The translations under genes were made by a program, and so were the position numbers. From NCBI GenBank assembly GCA_000146045.2, contig BK006940.2:160001-224000 (forward strand): 64,000 nt of DNA, written 5' to 3'. Below are positions 1 to 9,921 of this stretch, piece after piece (the first letter of the stretch is position 1; each line of letters opens with the position of its first letter). The notes below the pieces were generated by a model, which saw nothing but the letters and a program-made list of their open reading frames with translations, searched no databases and was not told the origin of the DNA. The stretch is from TPA_inf: Saccharomyces. Lineage: Eukaryota.

Positions 1-360
1 CCTGATATCTTTGTTCCAGGATTTAACCATGCACTAAAAGACCCAACTCCAGATCAGTACTGTATTTCCAAATTTACAAGGATAGTTATACTTGAAGGGT
101 TATACCTACTGTATGACCAAGAAAACTGGAAGAAAATTTACAAAACATTAGCTGATACGGGAGCACTTCTTGTTTATAAGATTGACATAGACTATGAGGC
201 CACCGAAGAAAGGGTGGCCAAAAGGCATTTGCAATCAGGGTTAGTCACGACTATTGCAGAAGGACGAGAGAAGTTTCGCAGCAATGATTTGTTGAATGGC
301 AGGGATATAGATAATCATTTAATTAAGGTAGATAATATCGTCCATATCCGCAACGACTAG
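1..360 (+). CDS. YFH7: 3' portion (C-terminal ~119 aa) of YFR007W/YFH7, putative P-loop kinase (uridine kinase/phosphoribulokinase-like); CDS starts upstream of the window
   Basis: Frame 1 is open from base 1 to TAG at 358-360. The translation is ...PDIFVPGFNHALKDPTPDQYCISKFTRIVILEGLYLL...IVHIRND*. Its position immediately upstream of FAR7 fits the remembered chromosome VI gene order. The domain family is from memory, not visible in this fragment. Confidence 0.55.
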   Translation, partial: PDIFVPGFNHALKDPTPDQYCISKFTRIVILEGLYLLYDQENWKKIYKTLADTGALLVYKIDIDYEATEERVAKRHLQSGLVTTIAEGREKFRSNDLLNGRDIDNHLIKVDNIVHIRND

Positions 361-534
361 AAGGTTAGGCGGAACCTTGTATATATTTTTGTAAAATCGA
401 ACTGAATACAGATAATTAAGGCGCGCAAGCAAAAACGGCATTCTTTATGAACTCTGCAGAGGTGCCCTTTATTACGACATATATGGGAAGTAATACATAT
501 TGATTCTACAAGAAGTTCAAGCCAAGGTTTAGAT

Positions 535-1200
535 ATGAGTGACCAAATCAACGTTTTGTCAATGCAACAACAACAACAGCAGCAGCAGCAGCAGCAGCAA
601 GTATATATGTCTCCTCAAGCAGAAAACTTGAATCATATGTACTTGTTAGTTAACAAGCTAGTGAAACAGTTGAGGGAAAATCAAGCAGAAAAGGCGAAAA
701 TACTAAGGAACATAGACATATTATCCGGAAGCTTAAACAAGTATGAGACATCTGAAGAACCTCACGATACCACGGAAAATATTGCATTATTTAATAGATT
801 TCTAGAACAAAGAGGGAAAGCTCCTATTACTGAGAAAGAGCAACTAAGCAACAATCTGGATGAAAATGCGAAAGATGACGTTATGCTAGGAGTGTTGAAG
901 CGCCAAAATTCAATGCTCCGGAAAAGTTTACAGGAATCCAAGCAGGTAACCCTTGAATCCATGGATTTATTGTCTTACTCCGAAGACTCTTTAAATTACA
1001 TTGTCGCCCAATTAAGAGGAAACATTCTAATGCATCATAAAGAGACTATCAAATTGATTAGGCAGAAATTCCAGACGGAGACAATTCCCCTCGAAGATGA
1101 AGAGTTCAAGATGTATTTGGAAAATGTTAATGGTCTGCAAAAATTGACAGATATATCTCACACTTATAGATTACTACTGAGGTTACATGCACAAGATTGA
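535..1200 (+). CDS. FAR7: Far7, pheromone-arrest recovery / Far3-Far11 complex component, 221 aa
   Basis: ATG at 535. The 221-aa ORF MSDQINVLSMQ(Q12)VYMSPQ... is recognised as YFR008W. It contains a (CAA/CAG)12 poly-Gln tract. Confidence 0.9.
   Translation: MSDQINVLSMQQQQQQQQQQQQVYMSPQAENLNHMYLLVNKLVKQLRENQAEKAKILRNIDILSGSLNKYETSEEPHDTTENIALFNRFLEQRGKAPITEKEQLSNNLDENAKDDVMLGVLKRQNSMLRKSLQESKQVTLESMDLLSYSEDSLNYIVAQLRGNILMHHKETIKLIRQKFQTETIPLEDEEFKMYLENVNGLQKLTDISHTYRLLLRLHAQD
565..600 (+). repeat. (CAR)12 trinucleotide microsatellite encoding Q12 inside FAR7
   Basis: Direct read: caa caa caa caa cag x7 caa. Confidence 0.95.
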
Positions 1201-1741
1201 AACTTTGCCCTTTTGCTTCCAATGAAAGCAAGATGACAAATATACATGCTTCTTATATTCGAGATTGCGCAAAAATTCGAAGCTCATTTATGAAGGCTTT
1301 TTCCATTCTGATATATGTTTATGAAATTGAAAAAGTAACGACGGTGGAACATTTTGCGGGAAAACAACTCACAGAATGTCTTGACGTTCTTTTCCTGCAG
1401 TTGCGTGCGTAAGATATCCTAAGCTACTGTATTATTTGCCAAAAATAATAAAATGTTGGAGGAAAGCCTCTATAAATACACAGGATATATATGTTTAATA
1501 AACATATATAATTTCCTCAATATTTGCAAAAGCATTTTGTTGTGATGAGAGTCGATTATCGTTTACCGATTAGTATCTATACTATTAATATATTTTCATA
1601 TAATTAGTATAATCTCATATACGCTGCCAGAAGATAACATGAAAATTAAGAAACAATCATCAGCTTCAATGGAAGTTGAAGTGCAAGGATAAATAATACT
1701 ATTTAGAAATATGGATTTTCCCTCGTTGACTAGAAGATCTG

Positions 1742-2135
1742 TGAAGATTGGGTGAATAGTTTAATAATTATTGGATCCCATTATTGATCAAGGCTATAAT
1801 ACTTGACTATTTGGCGAATTTTGAGATAATTGTTGGGATTCCATTGTTGATAAAGGCCATAATATTATGTATACAGGATATACTAGAAGTTCTCCTCGAT
1901 GATATAGGAATCCTCGAAATGGAATCTATATTTCTACATACTAATATTACGATTATTCCTCATTCCGTTTTATATGTTTCATTATCCTATTGCATTATCA
2001 ATCCTTGCACTTCAGCTTCCTCTAACTTCGATGACAGCTTCTCATAACTTATGTCATCATCTTTACACCGTATATGATAATATATTGATAATATAACTAT
2101 TAGTTGATAGACGATAGTGGATTTTTATTCCAACA
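1742..2135 (-). mobile_element. Solo Ty1/Ty2-type delta LTR (about 1804-2135, ~332 bp, minus orientation) plus an adjacent ~62-bp duplicated delta terminal fragment (1742-1803)
   Basis: The plus strand reads as the reverse complement of delta. It ends ...gatagtggatttttattccaaca (reverse complement TGTTGGAATAAAAATCCACTATC) and contains tatactagaagttctcctcgatgatataggaatcc and atccttgcacttcagcttcc. The region starts tgaaga... The motif ttgggattccattgttgataaaggccataata is partly repeated as ttggatcccattattgatcaaggctataata. It lies ~93 bp upstream of tRNA-Gly, a typical Ty1 target position. Confidence 0.75.
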
Positions 2136-2227
2136 CACTAATTATCATTCGTTACATCTCAAATTGGTTAGAGAAGTTACAAACATTATTATTGATTTAT
2201 CCAAGGATAGTTTTCACAAGAAAACAA

Positions 2228-2298
2228 GCGCAAGTGGTTTAGTGGTAAAATCCAACGTTGCCATCGTTGGGCCCCCGGTTCGATTCCGGGCTTGCGCA
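2228..2298 (+). tRNA. tG(GCC)F1: tRNA-Gly (anticodon GCC), 71 nt, no intron
   Basis: GCGCAAGTGGTTTAGTGGTAAAATCCAACGTTGCCATCGTTGGGCCCCCGGTTCGATTCCGGGCTTGCGCA matches the yeast tRNA-Gly(GCC) sequence. It is followed by a T-run terminator (ttctttttttt). Confidence 0.95.
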
Positions 2299-2487
2299 GT
2301 TTCTTTTTTTTCTGATTTTTATTTTTTTGTTCCTGAAAATTTTTCGTATTATTAGATCTAGTAGAAAATGAAAGACATTTGAAAAGAGAAATATATATTC
2401 TGCAGTAAGCTAGCTAAGACTAGTCGTTTTGAAGCGCTAAAACGTTAACTTCGATTCATAGCACAAAAGGTAAATAACTTTTTTGAA

Positions 2488-4746
2488 ATGGCAAGCATCG
2501 GTTCGCAAGTGAGAAAAGCTGCTTCTAGTATTGACCCTATCGTCACGGATTACGCAGTGGGCTACTTTAACCACTTGTCCGGAATAACTTTTGATGCTGT
2601 TCAAAGTAAGCAGGTAGATTTGTCCACTGAAGTGCAATTTGTGTCCGATTTATTGATTGATGCGGGTGCGTCAAAGGCTAAAGTTAAAGAACTATCGGAA
2701 AGTATTTTGAAGCAATTGACTACTCAACTAAAGGAGAACGAAGCCAAATTGGAATTGACCGGTGATACGTCCAAGAGATTACTTGATATTAATGTCTTAA
2801 AGAGTCATAACAGTAAATCCGATATCAACGTCTCATTAAGCATGCTGGGTGTGAACGGTGACATCGAACATACTGGTAGAAAGATGGAAACAAGAGTTGA
2901 TTTGAAAAAACTGGCCAAGGCTGAACAAAAGATCGCAAAGAAAGTCGCCAAGAGAAATAACAAATTTGTTAAATACGAGGCTTCTAAATTGATCAATGAC
3001 CAAAAGGAGGAGGATTACGATTCTTTCTTTTTGCAAATCAACCCTTTAGAATTCGGTTCATCCGCTGGTAAATCCAAGGATATCCATATTGACACTTTCG
3101 ACTTGTACGTTGGTGACGGTCAAAGAATTTTGTCCAACGCCCAATTGACTCTAAGTTTTGGTCACAGATATGGTCTTGTGGGCCAAAATGGTATTGGTAA
3201 ATCTACTTTGTTAAGGGCTCTATCTAGAAGAGAGCTGAACGTCCCCAAACATGTTTCGATTTTACACGTGGAACAAGAGTTAAGAGGTGATGATACAAAG
3301 GCTTTACAAAGTGTGCTGGATGCAGACGTTTGGAGAAAACAACTATTAAGTGAAGAAGCCAAGATCAATGAAAGATTAAAGGAAATGGATGTATTAAGAC
3401 AGGAATTCGAAGAAGACAGTTTAGAAGTTAAAAAATTGGACAATGAAAGAGAAGACTTGGATAACCATTTGATACAGATTTCTGACAAATTAGTCGATAT
3501 GGAATCTGACAAGGCTGAAGCTAGGGCAGCATCAATCTTATATGGTTTGGGGTTCAGTACGGAGGCACAGCAACAACCCACTAATTCCTTTTCCGGTGGT
3601 TGGAGAATGAGATTGTCCTTGGCAAGAGCCTTATTCTGTCAACCAGATCTTTTGTTGTTAGATGAACCTTCCAATATGTTGGATGTGCCATCCATCGCTT
3701 ATTTAGCAGAGTATTTGAAAACATATCCAAATACAGTTTTGACAGTTTCTCACGACCGTGCATTCTTGAATGAAGTGGCTACAGATATCATTTATCAACA
3801 CAACGAAAGACTAGACTATTACAGAGGCCAAGATTTCGATACCTTTTACACCACAAAGGAGGAACGTAGAAAGAATGCTCAACGTGAGTATGATAACCAA
3901 ATGGTTTACAGAAAGCACTTGCAAGAGTTTATTGACAAATACAGATACAATGCTGCCAAATCACAGGAAGCTCAATCAAGAATTAAGAAATTGGAAAAAT
4001 TGCCCGTTTTGGAGCCACCTGAACAAGACAAAACCATTGATTTCAAATTCCCTGAATGTGATAAATTGTCTCCACCAATTATCCAATTGCAAGACGTTTC
4101 CTTTGGTTATGATGAAAACAACCTATTATTGAAAGATGTTAACCTGGACGTTCAAATGGATTCCAGAATTGCCCTTGTAGGTGCCAATGGTTGTGGTAAG
4201 ACTACACTGTTGAAGATTATGATGGAGCAGTTAAGACCACTAAAAGGCTTTGTATCAAGAAACCCAAGATTACGTATAGGCTACTTCACTCAACATCATG
4301 TGGATTCTATGGATTTGACCACGTCTGCAGTGGACTGGATGTCCAAATCCTTCCCAGGTAAAACTGATGAAGAGTATAGACGTCATCTAGGTTCATTTGG
4401 TATCACTGGTACCCTGGGTCTACAAAAGATGCAATTATTATCCGGTGGTCAAAAATCTCGTGTAGCATTCGCTGCATTGTGTTTAAATAATCCACACATT
4501 TTGGTTCTGGATGAACCTTCTAACCATTTGGATACCACTGGTCTAGACGCTTTGGTAGAAGCCTTGAAAAATTTCAACGGTGGTGTCTTAATGGTTTCCC
4601 ATGATATCTCTGTTATTGACTCTGTTTGTAAAGAGATTTGGGTTTCAGAGCAAGGTACTGTCAAGAGGTTCGAAGGTACAATTTACGACTATAGAGATTA
4701 CATCTTGCAGTCTGCTGATGCTGCAGGTGTGGTTAAAAAGCATTGA
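2488..4746 (+). CDS. GCN20: Gcn20, ABC-family ATPase (two nucleotide-binding domains, no TMs), positive regulator of Gcn2 kinase, 752 aa
   Basis: Full [30 protein letters not shown]... Walker A motifs GQNGIGKST and GANGCGKTT and ABC signatures ([16 protein letters not shown]) are visible. Recognised as YFR009W. Confidence 0.95.
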
Positions 4747-5066
4747 TTATTTAGGAAGCACCTCAGAATATATTTTCCATAGAAGCCTAAATTAAGTATG
4801 CATTCATAGCCCCATGATACTTTTTTTTTTTGACTACTTGTATTGGAATCTAATTGACCTAACTGGGCATTCTGGGTCATTGGTATATGTATCACTTTTT
4901 ACGTAAAAAAGTAGTGGCTAATATAAAACATAAAATCTACAAGAAGGGTGAAGTGCTTTTCGAATTTTGCCACTGCAAGTAATTGGTGCAATTGAAATAC
5001 GAGATTTCGTTCTCTAAGAGGATATAAAAATAAGGAAATTAGCCCTACCTATCCTTGTGTTAAAAT

Positions 5067-6566
5067 ATGAGCGGAGAAACGTTTGAGTTCAATATTAGAC
5101 ATTCTGGTAAAGTTTACCCAATAACACTTTCCACTGATGCTACTTCAGCAGATTTGAAAAGCAAAGCAGAGGAATTGACCCAAGTCCCAAGTGCCCGCCA
5201 AAAATACATGGTTAAAGGTGGCTTGTCTGGCGAAGAGTCCATTAAAATATATCCCTTAATCAAGCCAGGATCGACAGTAATGCTATTGGGGACTCCAGAT
5301 GCTAACCTGATTTCTAAACCAGCCAAAAAGAATAATTTCATTGAAGACCTTGCGCCTGAGCAACAAGTCCAACAATTTGCTCAATTGCCTGTTGGTTTCA
5401 AGAATATGGGCAACACCTGTTATCTGAATGCTACCCTACAGGCTTTATACAGAGTGAACGATTTAAGGGATATGATTCTTAATTATAACCCTTCTCAAGG
5501 TGTGTCTAACAGTGGTGCACAAGATGAAGAGATTCACAAACAAATCGTTATTGAAATGAAGCGTTGTTTTGAAAATTTACAGAATAAAAGTTTCAAGAGT
5601 GTTTTGCCAATTGTGTTATTAAACACGCTAAGAAAGTGTTATCCACAATTTGCTGAACGTGATTCACAAGGTGGGTTCTATAAACAGCAAGACGCTGAGG
5701 AGTTGTTTACACAACTATTCCATAGTATGAGTATTGTTTTTGGTGACAAATTTTCCGAAGATTTCAGGATTCAATTTAAAACTACCATCAAAGACACAGC
5801 TAATGATAACGATATTACTGTTAAAGAAAATGAAAGCGATTCTAAATTACAATGTCATATTTCTGGTACTACAAATTTCATGAGAAATGGGCTCCTGGAA
5901 GGTTTGAATGAGAAAATTGAAAAAAGATCAGACTTGACTGGCGCCAATTCCATCTATAGCGTCGAAAAGAAAATATCAAGATTACCAAAGTTTTTAACTG
6001 TTCAGTACGTTAGATTTTTCTGGAAAAGGTCAACCAACAAAAAATCTAAAATATTGCGTAAGGTCGTTTTCCCATTTCAATTAGATGTTGCAGACATGCT
6101 TACCCCAGAATACGCAGCAGAGAAGGTAAAAGTTCGTGACGAACTGAGAAAAGTTGAAAAGGAGAAAAATGAAAAGGAAAGAGAGATCAAAAGGCGTAAA
6201 TTTGACCCATCATCCAGTGAAAATGTCATGACACCAAGAGAACAATATGAGACACAAGTGGCTCTTAACGAAAGTGAAAAAGATCAATGGCTCGAAGAGT
6301 ATAAGAAACATTTTCCTCCAAACTTGGAAAAAGGTGAAAACCCATCTTGTGTTTATAACTTGATCGGTGTCATTACACATCAAGGTGCCAATTCTGAGTC
6401 TGGACACTATCAAGCTTTCATAAGGGACGAACTGGACGAAAATAAATGGTACAAATTTAATGATGATAAAGTTAGCGTTGTTGAAAAGGAAAAAATTGAA
6501 TCTTTAGCCGGTGGGGGCGAAAGTGATAGTGCACTGATCTTAATGTATAAAGGATTTGGTCTGTAA
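5067..6566 (+). CDS. UBP6: Ubp6, proteasome-associated ubiquitin-specific protease with N-terminal ubiquitin-like domain, 499 aa
   Basis: [24 protein letters not shown]... (ubiquitin-like N-terminus). Cys box [13 protein letters not shown] and His box GHYQAF are present. Recognised as YFR010W. Confidence 0.95.
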
Positions 6567-6745
6567 GTCCATTTTTCATTTTTTCAAAATTAATAGTTTT
6601 TTCGGAATATACATATACATTTTTTTACATACACATAAAAATATTTCTCTCCCTTTTACGTTCATCCGCCAATCGATAAAAATGCATTTTATATACATGA
6701 AATGGCGAATTCTTTTTGGTCGAGTTTATGTATACTTTTTCTTAT

Positions 6746-7258
6746 TCAACCCATAACGAGCTTCTTGAATTCTTCCATCTCTTCGTAACAATTCAATGGC
6801 TTGCCCTTATTGGCCAAAAGACACTCAGTCAATTTTGCCTTTATAGAAATGCTGCCGTTGTCGGTTTTTTTATCAGATTTACCTTTGGCACCCCCATATT
6901 TCTCCAACTTTTGTAACTCTAATTGATCAAATAATGTTAGTTTCTTGTTCAACGACTCGATTTGATTATTCAATGAACTTGATGATATTCCATCAACGGC
7001 ATCCTTGTCGTCGTCTGATAATAGTGAATTGTTCAAAGTATCTTCAAACTTCTTTAACGTTTCAACTTCTAGGTTAGATAGCCTTTGTGAAACCTTCTTC
7101 TCAATGAACTTTTCTGCATTTTGCTTGGTGACATAGTCTGATTCCTTCGATGAATCCAATTGAGAAACCAAAGACTGTGAAAAATCGATCTGTGTTAGCG
7201 GAGTATAGACTTGTTGTTTTTCTGCACCAGCACCCACTTTGGAAGTGTTTGAACCCAT
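6746..7258 (-). CDS. MIC19: Mic19 (Aim13), MICOS complex subunit, N-myristoylation motif, 170 aa
   Basis: [20 protein letters not shown]... begins with the MGxxxS myristoylation consensus and has a C-terminal CX10C-like region. Recognised as YFR011C. It is convergent with UBP6, separated by a 179-bp intergenic region. Confidence 0.9.
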
Positions 7259-7436
7259 GATTGACTCTGTATTAGTCGATATACCACCTTGTTTTTGTTC
7301 TTGAATTTTTTTTTGATTAGCAATCTCTTTGAAATGTTCCTCCTCACTTGTTTTTTCCTCTGCGTCTCATTGGAAGAAGAAATATATATATATGCGACAT
7401 ACCACGAATATTCGTAGTTTTTTACAACAAAAACGA

Positions 7437-7525
7437 CTCTCGGTAGCCAAGTTGGTTTAAGGCGCAAGACTGTAATTTACCACTACGAAATCTTGAGATC
7501 GGGCGTTCGACTCGCCCCCGGGAGA
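7437..7525 (+). tRNA. tY(GUA)F1: tRNA-Tyr (anticodon GUA) with 14-nt intron, 89 nt precursor
   Basis: CTCTCGGTAGCCAAGTTGGTTTAAGGCGCAAGACTGTAA[tttaccactacgaa]ATCTTGAGATCGGGCGTTCGACTCGCCCCCGGGAGA. The anticodon GTA is at 7472-7474 and the intron at about 7476-7489. A T7 terminator follows. Confidence 0.95.
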
Positions 7526-7725
7526 TATTTTTTTAAATCTTGCAGCTTTCAATATTTAAATATAAGTAATAAACCATCAGTTAAACAACAGAACAAGTAT
7601 TTCTTAAATCTCATGAAAAATCTAATAATGTTATTTGCCGAATTTTATTATTGATTTGGTTGGTCTTCTTGATAATTCTGTGGGCGCTTTTTTTGTGACA
7701 TATTAAAATTGCGAAATTGCAAACG

Positions 7726-7736
7726 AAAATATAAAT
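7726..7736 (-). other. Perfect 11/11 match to the ARS consensus sequence (ATTTATATTTT on the minus strand); candidate core of ARS606
   Basis: Plus strand aaaatataaat at 7726-7736 in a ~360-bp AT-rich intergenic region between tRNA-Tyr and DCV1. I recall ARS606 mapping near chrVI 167-168 kb. Confidence 0.35.
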
Positions 7737-7887
7737 ATATATGAATGTTAATAAATAAATTATTTAATTGATGATTGAGGATGAAATACACTTTTATGAT
7801 CTGTCCTTACGCGTAATAATTACAAGAAGGTGAGAAAATTGCCTTTTTTTGCTAATTTTTTTTTTTTGGTACCATATTCAATAATTG

Positions 7888-8496
7888 ATGCTAAATTATA
7901 AATTGATTTTATTGTTTTCCTCTTTCCTACAATTAATCTCTTTTTCTGGCTTTATGATATGTTGTTTAACTTCACCAATAATTAGAAACTGGGGGCTGGC
8001 TCAAGCTGCTGGAGTTTCATATGGTACCTTTGGTTACTGTAAAACTTTGAATTCTTTTTCCTGCTCTCGAGTACGTTTAATATATAACACCTCGAAAGAA
8101 ATATTACCTGGCCCTTCTCTTGAACGTTGGTGGCTGAGTCCTAAGGCAAGACATACAATAGGAGGACTTTTGATTTCGATACCGGTTGCTACATGTTTGA
8201 CTTTCATTTCTTTTGCACTTCCCTTGGTTATTATTTTTCTTTTTCAGACTGGAGGAACTAATGTCTCACTTATTACTTCCAACGCTATATTACACATATT
8301 GACACTTTTATCAACTATTTTTGCATGCACCGTGATCCTGTTACTTTGCATGCACCGTGATCCTGTTACAATTTCATCCTTATACGACTTGGTGTGGCTG
8401 GCTAACTGTTCCCTGTTCCCTCTGCTCGTTATTGGCGTGCATTTTCTCAGTTTTAGGTTTGATACGTCTGCGCAGTCAGACAGAAAACATAGCTAA
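7888..8496 (+). CDS. DCV1: Dcv1, SUR7/PalI-like four-TM membrane protein, 202 aa as encoded here (a truncated/frameshifted form, see the pseudogene feature)
   Basis: ATG at 7888; the track ORF starts 3 nt earlier at a TTG. The protein MLNYKLILLFSSFLQLISFSGFMICCL... has four hydrophobic segments. Recognised as YFR012W. Confidence 0.8.
   Translation: MLNYKLILLFSSFLQLISFSGFMICCLTSPIIRNWGLAQAAGVSYGTFGYCKTLNSFSCSRVRLIYNTSKEILPGPSLERWWLSPKARHTIGGLLISIPVATCLTFISFALPLVIIFLFQTGGTNVSLITSNAILHILTLLSTIFACTVILLLCMHRDPVTISSLYDLVWLANCSLFPLLVIGVHFLSFRFDTSAQSDRKHS
8320..8369 (+). repeat. Perfect 2 x 25-bp direct tandem duplication (tttgcatgcaccgtgatcctgttac x2) inside the DCV1 coding region
   Basis: Direct read: copy 1 at 8320-8344 and copy 2 at 8345-8369 are identical. 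Length 25 is not a multiple of 3. Confidence 0.95.
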
Positions 8497-9921
8497 AGAA
8501 GCTAGTATAGAGAACGTAGACAGTATTCTCAAACTATATGGAACGAGTCAAACATCAAGTTCCCTTGGCGAAAATTATCCACAAACAACTAAGGGCACAG
8601 ACCAATCTGTGTATGACATCACAAGTCTTTTTAATGATCTACCAAGGACCTTAGATCCCAATCAAGATAAACTGGCGGTAACAAATCAAGATGAACCACC
8701 GCCTGAAATCAAATCTCCATTGAAGCAAGCAGGTTTGGTGAGTTTCTTCGCTCCAAAGTTGAATGGTAAACAAATATTTTCTAGAAGGCATGTTGAAAAT
8801 CAAAAATCCTTATCTTTGGATGAAATCAATATAACCGACTTACCTGCAAAGCAAGAAAATGTGGAAATGCCTACTGAAAAAAAAAAGGCAAATATTTTAT
8901 ATTATGAGGGAATCTCAAGCCATTCACAAGATAACTACGACCCTCCTTGGTTATTTGGCGTTGAGGCTACCCAATCAGCCGATTGCTTTAAAATATATTC
9001 AAAAAAAAATCATTGTCTCACAGAGCCCCGCCAATATCAACTACAACAACCAAATAATTACCAGGATCAAAGTGAGGTTCCTCATAACTCTTTCATTCCT
9101 TGGTATTCCCGAAGAAGACCAGTAGGATACAACCACAATTACAATCGCTACTACTCACAGACAACTCATGGTAACAGCGAACACTCCCGACAAACATTGC
9201 CACAGACCTACAACATACACAGCATGCTCCCCAGAAAGTACAAGCCCGCCTACAAAAAACAGGCACATCGTGTGAAGAGTAATCCACAACCAGCTTATAC
9301 TTTCCAATGACAAAATAACAAGAATAAAGTACTATCCAATCTGCTTTTTTTGTACGCGTTTTGTTGGCGCGCCGCAATTTGAAAAATAAGAATAAAGTAC
9401 TTCTTGCTACTATTTAATGATTCCATCCGTATTCCACATCGTTGACGTCTGAGTCTGATAGACTAGTATATAGAAAATAAAAATAAGATAGAGTAAATAG
9501 TATGCTACTTTTATCGAGCCCATCTTTTTGAGCTTAATTTCTGAAACAAAGAAAGGAAGTGCCCATTTTTCCTCTTAACGGTTTCTAAAATTACTGAAGA
9601 GAAAACAACTTTTAGATGTAATTTATTTACATTAACATTAGCAGTGACTACAGAGGACAGGTATGGCGGTATGGCGGTATTTGTTAACATTGACTTTCCT
9701 TATGCGTGGAAGTACTAGTAATATTCCCTCTCGGATCATAAAAGTGAAATATCGTGCTTCACGATTTGCTGAAACTTTAACAAATTCATTGAAATTACGT
9801 GAGTTTATACTAATGAATGGACTTAATTTCTTAAGATGGTGATATCTTCCACATTGGTTTCGGCCAACAAAACTATCACTTACCAAGTACTTCAAGCAAA
9901 GTTTGCAATCCCCTATTGTTT

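Larger units (their letters stand above)
7888..9310 (+). pseudogene. DCV1: Reconstructed ancestral long DCV1 ORF (about 465 codons) disrupted by the 25-bp duplication
   Basis: Track ORF 8357..9310 (frame 2, GTG pseudo-start) has no ATG near its beginning. Removing one 25-bp copy fuses DCV1 codons 1-152 in frame to ...LLQFHPYTTWCGWLTVPCSLCSLLACIFSVLGLIRLRSQTENIAKEAS... through the stop at 9310. Confidence 0.5.

Noticed and set aside
3162-3581. Internal opposite-strand ORFs within GCN20 (3162-3581), IOC3 (10116-10655), PTR3 (52211-52672), MET10 (54754-55257), SMC2 (57246-57644) and ECO1 (47857-48261)
   Set aside because: Each is embedded antisense in a well-recognised conserved gene and has no recognisable motifs. 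Mostly non-ATG starts, though not checked individually. They are chance open frames.
8357-9310. 317-aa ORF as an independent novel gene downstream of DCV1
   Set aside because: It has no ATG near its 5' end (the track's 'M' is GTG) and begins inside the second copy of the 25-bp duplication. It is better explained as the frameshifted C-terminal part of DCV1 than as a separate gene.
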